NCBI GenBank assembly: GCA_038279365.1
Contig: JAYODI010000086.1
Location: 1-20,641 of the forward strand
Origin: Candidatus Latescibacterota bacterium
Lineage (GTDB): Bacteria; Latescibacterota; UBA2968
Direction of reading: 5' to 3'
Length of the DNA: 20,641 bases
Shown: one piece after another, positions 8,729-16,976 of the stretch
Layout of the letters: every line of letters starts with the position of its first letter
Numbering within the stretch: position 1 is the first letter of the stretch
Position numbers and translations under genes: made by a program
The notes under the pieces: generated by a model
The model's input: only the letters and a program-made list of their open reading frames with translations
What the model was told of the DNA's origin: nothing
Database searches by the model: none

Positions 8729-8956
8729 GAAGCCCCCCTCAAGTGCACCCGTCACATAATGGTTTGTTTATTAAATGTTTATGATGTTTTAATTTTACAT
8801 GTGGCTCTGTTCATTTCAATTTAATATTTGCGACATAAATCACAAATTCGCCAATTTGCAAGTTTCATGACGTGATTTGGATCACAGGGCATGAAAATAT
8901 GCCTATGTTTTTGATCGGCAGATTGTGGTTGTTTCACGACTGTTTTATGTTTGTTT

Positions 8957-9787
8957 TTACTTTTTTATAGGGCCAATGGGTTGGTATGAGAGGGCCACAT
9001 TATCAAAATAAACGTCCATATCTTGTGGTGAGGCCCACTTGCCGCCGTAGTAGAGGTTGACCCAAAAGCCTTCAATTTTGAGGTCGGGGATGTCGCGAAA
9101 GCGCAGATCGATTTTTTCCATGGCCAATTGGCCATCGACCCAACCGCGCAAGATACCGTCATTTTTGCCTGGTGTATTCATTTTGACATAGGTTTCAATA
9201 CAGTACCATCGCTCGTTTTTGAGAGAGCCACGGTTTTCAATATCCCAATGGAGGTTGTCGCCATAGGTGCCTTTCATGTCGGCATGATAGGTATAAAAAA
9301 AGAGTTGGGTTTCATTTTCATGTATTTTTGAACGTTGAAACCCCATACGAGCAGACCAACCATCTGTGCCATTGACTTTGCGCCCACCCCAGCCAGCACG
9401 GCCATATGTGCCTGCTGGGCCAGGCAATTTGCCACCTCGACCGGGATCCCAATTGCTGCCAAATTTGACATAATAACGGCCATAAAGTGCTTCGGGTTCG
9501 GGGCTGCCTGCTTTGGAAAACGCATATTGGATGGAGGCACCATAATGGTCGTCTTTGCCAATGCGGATGCCCAAGCAGGTGTTGCCATCACATGCACCGC
9601 CACTTAAGGTTTGGTTTTGTGTGTGGCTCACGTTTGTAAAATGCGTGGTATAGGTGCTGTCTTCAAATCCTTCAAAAAAGAAGACATCGGGATTGTTTTG
9701 CGCGTGATCCATTTGGGTGTCTCTCGCCGAAATATTTGTGAATGTAAACATGATCAATAAAAAACAAAAATACACGTTTAAATGCAT
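8957..9787 (-). CDS. Exported polysaccharide lyase-like protein (PL14-like)
   Basis: N-terminal signal-like segment, YVKF...W....GGKLPG, GWSARM, NTPGKNDGILRGWVDG, YFDN motifs. Confidence 0.7.
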   Translation of the reverse strand: MHLNVYFCFLLIMFTFTNISARDTQMDHAQNNPDVFFFEGFEDSTYTTHFTNVSHTQNQTLSGGACDGNTCLGIRIGKDDHYGASIQYAFSKAGSPEPEALYGRYYVKFGSNWDPGRGGKLPGPAGTYGRAGWGGRKVNGTDGWSARMGFQRSKIHENETQLFFYTYHADMKGTYGDNLHWDIENRGSLKNERWYCIETYVKMNTPGKNDGILRGWVDGQLAMEKIDLRFRDIPDLKIEGFWVNLYYGGKWASPQDMDVYFDNVALSYQPIGPIKK

Positions 9788-9790
9788 GGC

Positions 9791-10807
9791 TTATTCCTCG
9801 CCGGGGGTTTTAAAATGATCATATCCCATTGCAGTTAAGGGTGTTTTTGACCCGTCTTTTTGTGTGAGCAAGATGTCGTTGTCCTGATCGGTGATTTGTC
9901 CGATGCAGGTGATTTGTGGAAGATCGGACTTTTGTAGAAGATGTGCAATGTTTTTTGCACGATTGGGGGTGACGGTAAATAACAATTCGTAGTCTTCACC
10001 ACCTGATAGGGCCAATTGGGTGGTGTCTTGTTTTGTTTTTTTGCAAAAGCGCAGAAAGGGTTCGGATAAGGGCAGATCTGATGCGTGAAGCAGGGCAGAT
10101 ACTTGGCTGCGTTTGCAAATGTGGCGCAAGTCGGAGGCCACACCATCTGATATGTCCATCATGGCTGTGACGGCACCTGTTTGGGCCAGTGTTTGCCCCA
10201 GTGCAAGTTGCGGGTCTGGGCGGTGAAATTTACGAAGCAAATGTGTGCGGTCTTCGCTGTTCATTTTGATTTGATGGCGAACAAGTGCCAAGCCACCTGC
10301 AGAATCGCCCAAGGTGCCAGAAACATAAATAAGATCACCTATTTGTGCGCCAGATCTGTAACAGACATGGTCGCGATGCATGTGACCTGTGAGGGCAATA
10401 TTCAGAACGAGCTGGTTGTGGCTTCGGGTGGTGTCGCCCCCTACAATGGCGATATCGAATCGGTCTGCACAAGCATATAGACCATTGTATAAGCGTTCGA
10501 GATAACCTGCGTCGTGGTGCGCGGGAACGGCAAGTGAAATGACAGCATCTGTGGGAATGCCACCCATGGCCGCAATATCTGAAATGTTGACTGCCAAGAG
10601 TTTGTGGCCCAAACCTTCGGGTGGGGTATCTGTAAAAAAGTGCACTCCTTCGACCATCATGTCGGTTGTAATAAGGCGCACTTGGTTACCAGAGTGCGCC
10701 ACAACGGCACAATCATCACCGATGCCACATAAGACCCGATTGGGGGTGGGGTGGGTGTCAATTTGATTGATGAAACCAAATTCGCCGATGGACTTGAAGT
10801 CTGACAT
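9791..10807 (-). CDS. thiL: Thiamine-monophosphate kinase
   Basis: GEFGFI, GIGDDCAV, TTDMMVEGVHF, VNISDIAAMGG, GGDT, MDISDG, LSGGEDYELLFT, GYDHF. Confidence 0.97.
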   Translation of the reverse strand: MSDFKSIGEFGFINQIDTHPTPNRVLCGIGDDCAVVAHSGNQVRLITTDMMVEGVHFFTDTPPEGLGHKLLAVNISDIAAMGGIPTDAVISLAVPAHHDAGYLERLYNGLYACADRFDIAIVGGDTTRSHNQLVLNIALTGHMHRDHVCYRSGAQIGDLIYVSGTLGDSAGGLALVRHQIKMNSEDRTHLLRKFHRPDPQLALGQTLAQTGAVTAMMDISDGVASDLRHICKRSQVSALLHASDLPLSEPFLRFCKKTKQDTTQLALSGGEDYELLFTVTPNRAKNIAHLLQKSDLPQITCIGQITDQDNDILLTQKDGSKTPLTAMGYDHFKTPGEE

Positions 10808-10830
10808 AGGGCAATCTTTGAAATGGTCTG

Positions 10831-10920
10831 AAGGTCGCAGGTCAACAGGTCGCAGGTCAAAAAAACAGTTATGGATTAAGGTTTTGACTTGTGACTTGCA
10901 GACGTGTGACTTGTGACCTT
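10831..10920. repeat. Two inverted heptamer arrays (AGGTCGC-type / GACTTGT-type) forming a long imperfect hairpin
   Basis: 10831-10843 pairs with 10908-10920 and 10846-10862 pairs with 10882-10898; mismatches are all G:T on the + strand. Confidence 0.85.
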
Positions 10921-10927
10921 TTTTGTG

Positions 10928-11692
10928 TTACGCGTGTTTTTTGTGCCAAGCGACGACGTCTTTGTAAGGTACATTGCCGCCAAATATGTCTAAGGCACTG
11001 CCAATGGTGAGGTCTACGCGACCTTGTCCGAGGGTGTTGACGCGGTCTAAGTCGGCAAGGGTGTGTGCACCACCGGCGTAGGTGACGGGAATGGGTGACC
11101 ATTTGCCAAGCATTTCGACAAGGGGTTCTTCAATGCCTGTGCGCTTGCCTTCGACATCAACGCCGTGCACCAAAAATTCATCGCAAGATGTGGCCAATTC
11201 TGAAAGGGTTTGTTCGGTTATAGCCAGTTCGGTGAATTTTTGCCAGCGATCTGTTACGACGAGGTAATGATCATCGCGTTTGCGGCAACTTAGGTCTAAT
11301 ACGAGCTGTTTTTTGCCAACGGTTTTGACGAGGTTTTGAAGGCGGTCTTTGTCTAGTTGGCCGTTGCGAAAGACATAAGATGTGACAATAATGTGACTCG
11401 CACCTGCGTTGAGATAGGTTTTGGCATTGTTGGGTGTGATGCCACCTCCCATGTGCAATCCATTGGGGTGTGCTGCTAAGGCTTGACAGGCGGCCTGCTC
11501 ATTGCCTGGCCCAAGGGCAATGACATGCCCACCAATGAGGTGATCGGTTTTGTAAAGATGTGCAAAGTGTGCAGATGATTGTTCGGTTTCGAAGTTTGTG
11601 ACGGTGTTTTCTGAATGATCGTCGCTTAGCGTAGCGCCCACAATTTGTACCACGTGGCCATTGCGCAGATCAATGCACGGTCTAAATCGCAT
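10928..11692 (-). CDS. hisA: ProFAR isomerase, eukaryotic/His6-type
   Basis: MRFRPCIDLRNGHVVQIVG, GGHVIALG, SHIIVTSYVF, LVLDLSCR, EFLVHGVDVEG, TYAGG, DLTIGSALDIFGG. Confidence 0.95.
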   Translation of the reverse strand: MRFRPCIDLRNGHVVQIVGATLSDDHSENTVTNFETEQSSAHFAHLYKTDHLIGGHVIALGPGNEQAACQALAAHPNGLHMGGGITPNNAKTYLNAGASHIIVTSYVFRNGQLDKDRLQNLVKTVGKKQLVLDLSCRKRDDHYLVVTDRWQKFTELAITEQTLSELATSCDEFLVHGVDVEGKRTGIEEPLVEMLGKWSPIPVTYAGGAHTLADLDRVNTLGQGRVDLTIGSALDIFGGNVPYKDVVAWHKKHA

Positions 11693-11743
11693 TTTTAAAG
11701 ACCTAATTATGGATGGTTATTTGTCTCATGATGGTGCAGAATG

Positions 11744-11772
11744 AGTATATCATGACCCCAAAAAGCTGTCAA
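11744..11772 (-). promoter_or_regulatory. sigma70 promoter for hisA-thiL-lyase
   Basis: Minus strand TTGACA-N17-TATACT with extended -10 TGn. Confidence 0.8.
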
Positions 11773-11869
11773 TACAATTTAATAAAAAGGGTGGATTACG
11801 CTGTTTGGATTTGTTATCATAAGCAAAGAACGATTGATATATAAACCATGATAAATGAACAGAGGTATT

Positions 11870-12985
11870 ATGCAAGACCCACGGTTGGAAAAATTGGCAG
11901 ATGTTTTGGTTCGTCATTCAACAAAAATTCAGGCGGGAGAAAAGGTTCTCATTGAAGGGTTTGATATGCCAGAGGAGATGATTCTGGCATTGATTCGCAA
12001 AGTGCGTGAAGTGGGTGGTGTGCCCCTGGTAACGGTTAAGAATAACCGCGTACAGCGTGAACTCATTCGGGCGGGTGATGCAAGCACGATGGAAGAAGTG
12101 GGTGCATATGAAGCGTTTCGAATGAACCGTGTGCAGGCATATATGGGTTTGCGTGGCAGCAACAATATTGCGGAAATGTCGGATGTATCGGGTGGGGCAA
12201 TGGATTTGTATGAAAAGCATTGGCTTAAGCCCGTGCATTATGACATTCGGGTGCCCAAAACAAAATGGGTGGTTTTGCGATGGCCTACTGCGTCTATGGC
12301 ACAACAGGCACAAATGAGCACAGAGGCATTTGAAGACTTCTATTTTGATGTGTGTACTTTGGATTATGGCAAAATGGCTCAGGCGGCTTTGGCATTAAAA
12401 ACTCGTATGGAAAAAACAGATTGCGTCAGACTTACGGGTGTGGGTACCGATTTGCAATTTCGCATTCAAAATATACCTGCTATACCGTGTTCGGGGTCGC
12501 ACAATATTCCCGATGGCGAGTGTTTTACTGCACCTATTAAAGATTCGGTGAATGGAACGATTTGTTATAATGTGCCCACAATTTATCGCGGAACGCCTTT
12601 TTCTGACATTTGTTTGACCTTTGAAAATGGCAAGATTGTAAAGGCTACAAGCAGTGATACGGAAAAATTGAATGAGATATTGGATACGGATGATGGTGCC
12701 CGATATATTGGTGAATTTGCTATCGGATTTAATCCATATATTACCAAACCGATGTTGGATATATTGTTTGATGAAAAAATTGCGGGGTCATTTCATTTTA
12801 CCCCTGGGCAAGCTTATGAAGATGCCGACAATGGCAATCGCTCTGGGGTGCATTGGGATATGGTTTTTATCCAAACTCCCGAATATGGTGGAGGCGAAAT
12901 CTATTTTGATGATGAATGTATTCGCAAAGATGGGCTTTTTGCGGTGCCTGATTTAGAAGGGCTTAACCCTGAAAATTTGAAATGA
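11870..12985 (+). CDS. M29 family (thermophilic metalloprotease, AmpS/AmpT-like) aminopeptidase
   Basis: DPRLEKLADVLV, NIPDGECFTAP, ARYIGEFAIG, LFDEKIAGSFHFTPG, NRSGVHWD; ATG 11870 after GAGG. Confidence 0.95.
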   Translation: MQDPRLEKLADVLVRHSTKIQAGEKVLIEGFDMPEEMILALIRKVREVGGVPLVTVKNNRVQRELIRAGDASTMEEVGAYEAFRMNRVQAYMGLRGSNNIAEMSDVSGGAMDLYEKHWLKPVHYDIRVPKTKWVVLRWPTASMAQQAQMSTEAFEDFYFDVCTLDYGKMAQAALALKTRMEKTDCVRLTGVGTDLQFRIQNIPAIPCSGSHNIPDGECFTAPIKDSVNGTICYNVPTIYRGTPFSDICLTFENGKIVKATSSDTEKLNEILDTDDGARYIGEFAIGFNPYITKPMLDILFDEKIAGSFHFTPGQAYEDADNGNRSGVHWDMVFIQTPEYGGGEIYFDDECIRKDGLFAVPDLEGLNPENLK

Positions 12986-12991
12986 AGATCT

Positions 12992-13054
12992 GTCGCAAGT
13001 CGCAAGTCGCAGATTAGAATCTCCAAAATCTGTTGCAGGTCGCAGGTCAAAACC
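12992..13054 (+). repeat. Heptamer arrays (GTCGCAA)x2 GTCGCAG ... GTTGCAG GTCGCAG GTCAAAACC
   Basis: Read directly; 13036-13052 CAGGTCGCAGGTCAAAA is identical to 10846-10862. Confidence 0.9.
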
Positions 13055-13105
13055 TAAGTCAGTTGTAGACTTGAGACCGACTTCTCCCAAAAGAAGGAGT
13101 TTTTT

Positions 13106-13876
13106 ATGATCATTGCTGTGACCAATACGAAGGGTGGTGTGGGCAAGACAACGTCGGCGGTGAATTAGGCTGCGATTTTGGCCAATCGCAATCGGCGTAC
13201 ATTGTTGATTGATTTGGACCCGCAAGCACATGCCACGCGTTGTTTTTTGCCGTATACAGAAAATGATCAGCCAGTGGAGTTGGAACGCGATGTGTCTGAT
13301 TTGATTATGGACAAACCCTCATTGGCTCCGCGTGCCATTATGCATACCGAGACGCCCAATTTGGATATTGTGCCTGCAACCGATCGGCTGACACAAACGG
13401 TGGAGTTGTTATCTACCCGTATTCGACGTGAAGAACGCTTGGCACGGGCATTGGAGCCCATTGTGGATGGTTATCGCGACATTATTATTGATTGTCCACC
13501 GGTGTTGGGCATTTTGGCTTACAATGCTTTTGTGGCCGCCGATTTGTTGTTGGTGCCCGTACAACCTGGTGTGGGTGCAATTAATGGGTTGGATGCTTTG
13601 CTTGAAGCGGCTGGTGAGTTGCGCCAAGAGGATGTGGTGCCTTATCGGTTGTTTTGGACGATGTTTAATGTGCGTACCACACGTACCAATGCCATTGTTG
13701 AAGAGTTGTTGGAAGATCATCACAAACATTTTTTGCAGACGGTTATTTCGAAGAGTGAATCACTCAATCAGGCCAATTTGGCTGGGGTACCCATTACACA
13801 ATATGCTTCGACATCGCGGGGGGCACAAGAGTATCAGGCTCTTTGTGATGTGTTGCTATCGCTTAAGCTGAGGTAA
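13106..13876 (+). pseudogene. parA: ParA/Soj-family ATPase with in-frame TAG at 13166-13168 (real lesion or sequence error)
   Basis: AAGGAG RBS, ATG 13106: MIIAVTNTKGGVGKTTSAVN*AAILANR..., continuing in frame into LIDLDPQAHAT and IIIDCPP; no parB adjacent. Confidence 0.85.
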
Positions 13877-13880
13877 AGAT

Positions 13881-14318
13881 ATGGGAAAAGTGTTGCAAAT
13901 TGCCATTCGCGAAGCATCGCGTGCACCGATGCAGGTTTTGGATGTGGCAGAGGTGACAAAAGATAAGGGTGTTGTGGGTGATTTTCGTGGTGCGGTTCCA
14001 AAAAGACAGGTGACTGTGGTGGTGCGTGAAGCTTGGGAGGCTGCGTGTCGCGAATTGGGTTTGGATGTGGACTGGACAACACGCCGAGCCAATGTATTGG
14101 TTGAAGGTTTGGATTTGAGTGAGACCACGGGTAAGCAATTGCATGTAGGGAGCGTGGTGCTTCAAATTACAGGTGAGACCACGCCTTGCCCACGTATGGA
14201 AGAAGCACAAGCAGGTTTACAAGATGCGCTCACACCCGATTGGCGTGCAGGGGTGACGTGTGTGGTACAAACGGCTGGTAAAATTCGGGTGGGAGATGTG
14301 GTTCGATTAGAGGGTTAA
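13881..14318 (+). CDS. MOSC domain protein
   Basis: GVVGD, RQVTV, RRANVLVEG, TTPCPRM with conserved Cys, GKIRVGD. Confidence 0.9.
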   Translation: MGKVLQIAIREASRAPMQVLDVAEVTKDKGVVGDFRGAVPKRQVTVVVREAWEAACRELGLDVDWTTRRANVLVEGLDLSETTGKQLHVGSVVLQITGETTPCPRMEEAQAGLQDALTPDWRAGVTCVVQTAGKIRVGDVVRLEG

Positions 14319-14341
14319 AATGGATGTGGTTAACATGAGAA

Positions 14342-14374
14342 TGGCCCAGTATTGAAAAATACTGGGCTATTTTT
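14342..14374 (+). terminator. Intrinsic terminator after the MOSC gene
   Basis: GCCCAGTATT-GAAA-AATACTGGGC followed by TATTTTT. Confidence 0.88.
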
Positions 14375-14521
14375 CTATCTGTTGCGGAAGCTGAGTGATG
14401 CGGTATATTTTTACTTGAAGCTGTGTTTGAGAGGAATAACCGTATATATGACCATTGGGTTATTTCATCAAATGCCGAGATTGTTTGGGATATAACTTGT
14501 GATGGCTGAGAGGCTTGTATA

Positions 14522-16780
14522 ATGATGGAACAAAATACACATCAGACCACACTTGCTGTTAGAGGTATGAGTTGTGCGGCGTGTGTGGCGCGTGTTGAAA
14601 AGGCCTTGTCGGCAATACCTGGAGTTGTGGAAGCCAATGTGAACTTTGCTACCCATGAAGCATCGGTGCGGTTTCAAGATGTGGAAATCTCGGTGCTGAC
14701 GCAGGCGGTTGAGAATGCAGGGTATGAAGCCCAAGTGGCTTCGGGTGATGTACGTGCCGATCAAGCCGAGCGCGATGCAGACGTATTGGTTTTGCGCAAT
14801 CGATTTGTGGTGGGGGCGGTGTTGTCTGGGTTGATTATGGTGGTGGGCATGACACATATGATGTGGGGTGTGGCTATTGCCTCGTGGCAGATTCACGCGC
14901 TGTTGTTTGTGTTGGCTACGCCTGTGCAGTTTTGGTGTGGGTGGCAATTTTTAAAAGGTGCGTGGTCTATAACCCGACACGGTTCGGCAGATATGAACAG
15001 TTTGATTGCAGTGGGTACCTTGGCTGCGTATGGGTATAGCAGTGTGGCCACATTTGCTCCGCAGATTTTGGGTGGGCAAAATGTGCAGATCTATTTTGAT
15101 ACGTCGGCAATGATTATTGCATTGGTGTTGTTGGGGCGTTGGCTCGAAGCACGGGCAAAAGGGCAAACATCGGATGCGATTCGTAAGCTGATGGATTTGC
15201 GGCCCGATACGGCATGTGTAATACGCAATGGCAAAGAAGTGGATGTGCCTGTAGAACAGTTAATGATGGGGGATGTGATTCGGGTGCGACCGGGTGAAAA
15301 TATTCCGGTGGATGGTACGGTACAAGAAGGGCATTCGACGGTGGATGAGGCCATGTTAACGGGTGAGCCGATACCTGTGGATAAGGGGGTGGGCGATCGG
15401 GTTATTGGGGGCACGCTGAATAAGACGGGTAGTTTTACATTTGAAGCCACACAAGTGGGGGCCGATACGGTTTTGGCGCGTATTGTGGATATGGTGCAAA
15501 AGGCACAAGGGTCAAAAGCACCTATTCAACGTCAGGCCGATCGGGTGGCGAGTATTTTTGTGCCGATTATTTTTGGTGTGGCCACATTGACGTGTGTGGC
15601 GTGGTGGTTGGTGGGGGCAGGGTTTGAGGTGGCATTGATCAATACGGTGGCGGTGTTGATCATTGCTTGCCCATGTGCGATGGGTTTGGCAACGCCTACA
15701 GCGATTATGGTGGGCACTGGGCGAGGGGCCGAGTTGGGGGTGTTGATTAAGGGGGGGGATGTGCTGGAGCAAGCATATCAGTTGCATGCGGTGATTTTGG
15801 ATAAGACAGGCACGCTGACAGTGGGCGAGCCGCAGGTTACAGATGTGGTTGTTGATGGGGTGGATAAAGAGGAATTGTTAAAGCTTGCGGCTTCGGCAGA
15901 AAGAGGCTCGGAGCACCCTTTAGGTGAGGCCATTGTACGTGCAATGGCTGATGATGATTTTTATGAAGCAAAGGATTTTGACGCCGTACCCGGGCAGGGT
16001 ATTTTGGCTATGGTGGCAGGTAAGCGCATTCGGCTTGGCAACAGGCGATTGCTGGGTGCATTGGTGGATGAAAGGTGGACGCAAAAAGCCGAAGCATTGG
16101 AATTGGATGGTAAGACGGTGATGTTTGTGGCCATTGATGATGTGGTGGTAGGATTAATAGGCGTTTCTGATGTATTAAAGGATGAAGCACAAGCACTGGT
16201 GGATGGGTTGCACAAGATGGATATTGAAGTGGCGCTTGTGACAGGTGATAACAAACGCACGGCACAGGCCGTGGCTCAAGCGTTGGGGATTGATCGGGTG
16301 TTGGCTGAGGTGTTGCCCGAAGACAAAGCCGAGCAGGTTAAAAAATTACAACAAGATGGCAAGTGTGTGGGGATGGTGGGCGATGGCATCAATGATGCGC
16401 CTGCTTTGGCCCAGGCGGATGTGGGCATTGCACTGGGCACAGGTACAGATGTGGCCATAGAGAGTGCGGGTATTACGCTTATGTCTGGGCATTTGTTGGG
16501 TGTGCAAACTGCTATTATGTTATCGCGGCAAACGATGCGCATTATTCGACAAAATTTGTTTTGGGCTTTTGCCTATAATACACTTTTGGTTCCCGTGGCG
16601 GCATTGGGGTTGCTCAATCCGTTGGGTGGGCCGATGTTGGCGGCGGGTGCGATGGCGTTGAGTTCGGTATCGGTGGTGAGCAATGCGCTGAGATTGAGAC
16701 GGTTTGGGAGGGGCGGTAAGAAGGGAGAAGGGAGAAGGGAGAAGAGAAGGCAAAGGCAGAATAGACGAATAGACGAATAG
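14522..16780 (+). CDS. copA: Cu(I)-translocating P1B-type ATPase
   Basis: [38 protein letters not shown] and MALSS Cu(I) ligands; last ~20 aa are encoded by tandem repeats. Confidence 0.95.
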   Translation: MMEQNTHQTTLAVRGMSCAACVARVEKALSAIPGVVEANVNFATHEASVRFQDVEISVLTQAVENAGYEAQVASGDVRADQAERDADVLVLRNRFVVGAVLSGLIMVVGMTHMMWGVAIASWQIHALLFVLATPVQFWCGWQFLKGAWSITRHGSADMNSLIAVGTLAAYGYSSVATFAPQILGGQNVQIYFDTSAMIIALVLLGRWLEARAKGQTSDAIRKLMDLRPDTACVIRNGKEVDVPVEQLMMGDVIRVRPGENIPVDGTVQEGHSTVDEAMLTGEPIPVDKGVGDRVIGGTLNKTGSFTFEATQVGADTVLARIVDMVQKAQGSKAPIQRQADRVASIFVPIIFGVATLTCVAWWLVGAGFEVALINTVAVLIIACPCAMGLATPTAIMVGTGRGAELGVLIKGGDVLEQAYQLHAVILDKTGTLTVGEPQVTDVVVDGVDKEELLKLAASAERGSEHPLGEAIVRAMADDDFYEAKDFDAVPGQGILAMVAGKRIRLGNRRLLGALVDERWTQKAEALELDGKTVMFVAIDDVVVGLIGVSDVLKDEAQALVDGLHKMDIEVALVTGDNKRTAQAVAQALGIDRVLAEVLPEDKAEQVKKLQQDGKCVGMVGDGINDAPALAQADVGIALGTGTDVAIESAGITLMSGHLLGVQTAIMLSRQTMRIIRQNLFWAFAYNTLLVPVAALGLLNPLGGPMLAAGAMALSSVSVVSNALRLRRFGRGGKKGEGRREKRRQRQNRRIDE

Positions 16781-16802
16781 ACGAATAGACGAATCAAAAC
16801 CT
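16719..16802 (+). repeat. (AGAAGGG)x3 + degenerate units, then (GAATAGAC)x4 + GAATCAAAACCT
   Basis: Read directly; heptamers 16719-16739, octamers 16759-16790. Confidence 0.95.
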
Positions 16803-16808
16803 ATTTGT

Positions 16809-16958
16809 TGATTATTCGCTTCGCTCGTTAAGGGTAGGTTTACTGCGTTCACTGTGGGCAATGTTATTCGCTGCGTTCATTGTAGGCTTCGCCTGTGTGC
16901 AATTTCGCAGTTTCGTAGATTCGCTGATTACTCGCTTCGCTCGTTTTAGCCTGCGGCT
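16809..16958 (-). repeat. REP-like cluster: 21-bp direct repeats plus multiple cGNAg mini-hairpin motifs
   Basis: TGATTAYTCGCTTCGCTCGTT at 16809-16829 and 16925-16945; CTGCGTTCAYTGTRGGC at 16843-16859 and 16871-16887; AGGCTTCGCCT 16884-16894; AGCCTGCGGCT 16948-16958. Confidence 0.65.
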
Positions 16959-16976
16959 GTGCGCAGATTCGTTGTT

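Noticed and set aside
7031-8755. SMC/SbcC/RecN assignment for the coiled-coil protein
   Set aside because: No Walker A/B or ABC signature motifs at either end.
10808-10927. TPP riboswitch upstream of thiL
   Set aside because: No CTGAGA or other TPP aptamer motifs; the region is accounted for by the heptamer arrays.
3745-13168. Stop-codon reassignment or pyrrolysine as the explanation for the in-frame TAA (caspase) and TAG (parA)
   Set aside because: Two different stop codons are involved. TAG ends the S1 and arfB genes and TAA ends many others at their expected positions. The parA TAG replaces a conserved Leu, and no pyl genes are visible.
13106-13876. parA as evidence for a plasmid, prophage or ICE
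   Set aside because: No parB/parS, rep, integrase or phage genes; flanked by housekeeping genes with the same compositional bias.
14375-14521. CueR/CsoR/CopY operator upstream of copA
   Set aside because: No convincing palindrome or 19-bp-spacer promoter found, and no copper regulator gene nearby.
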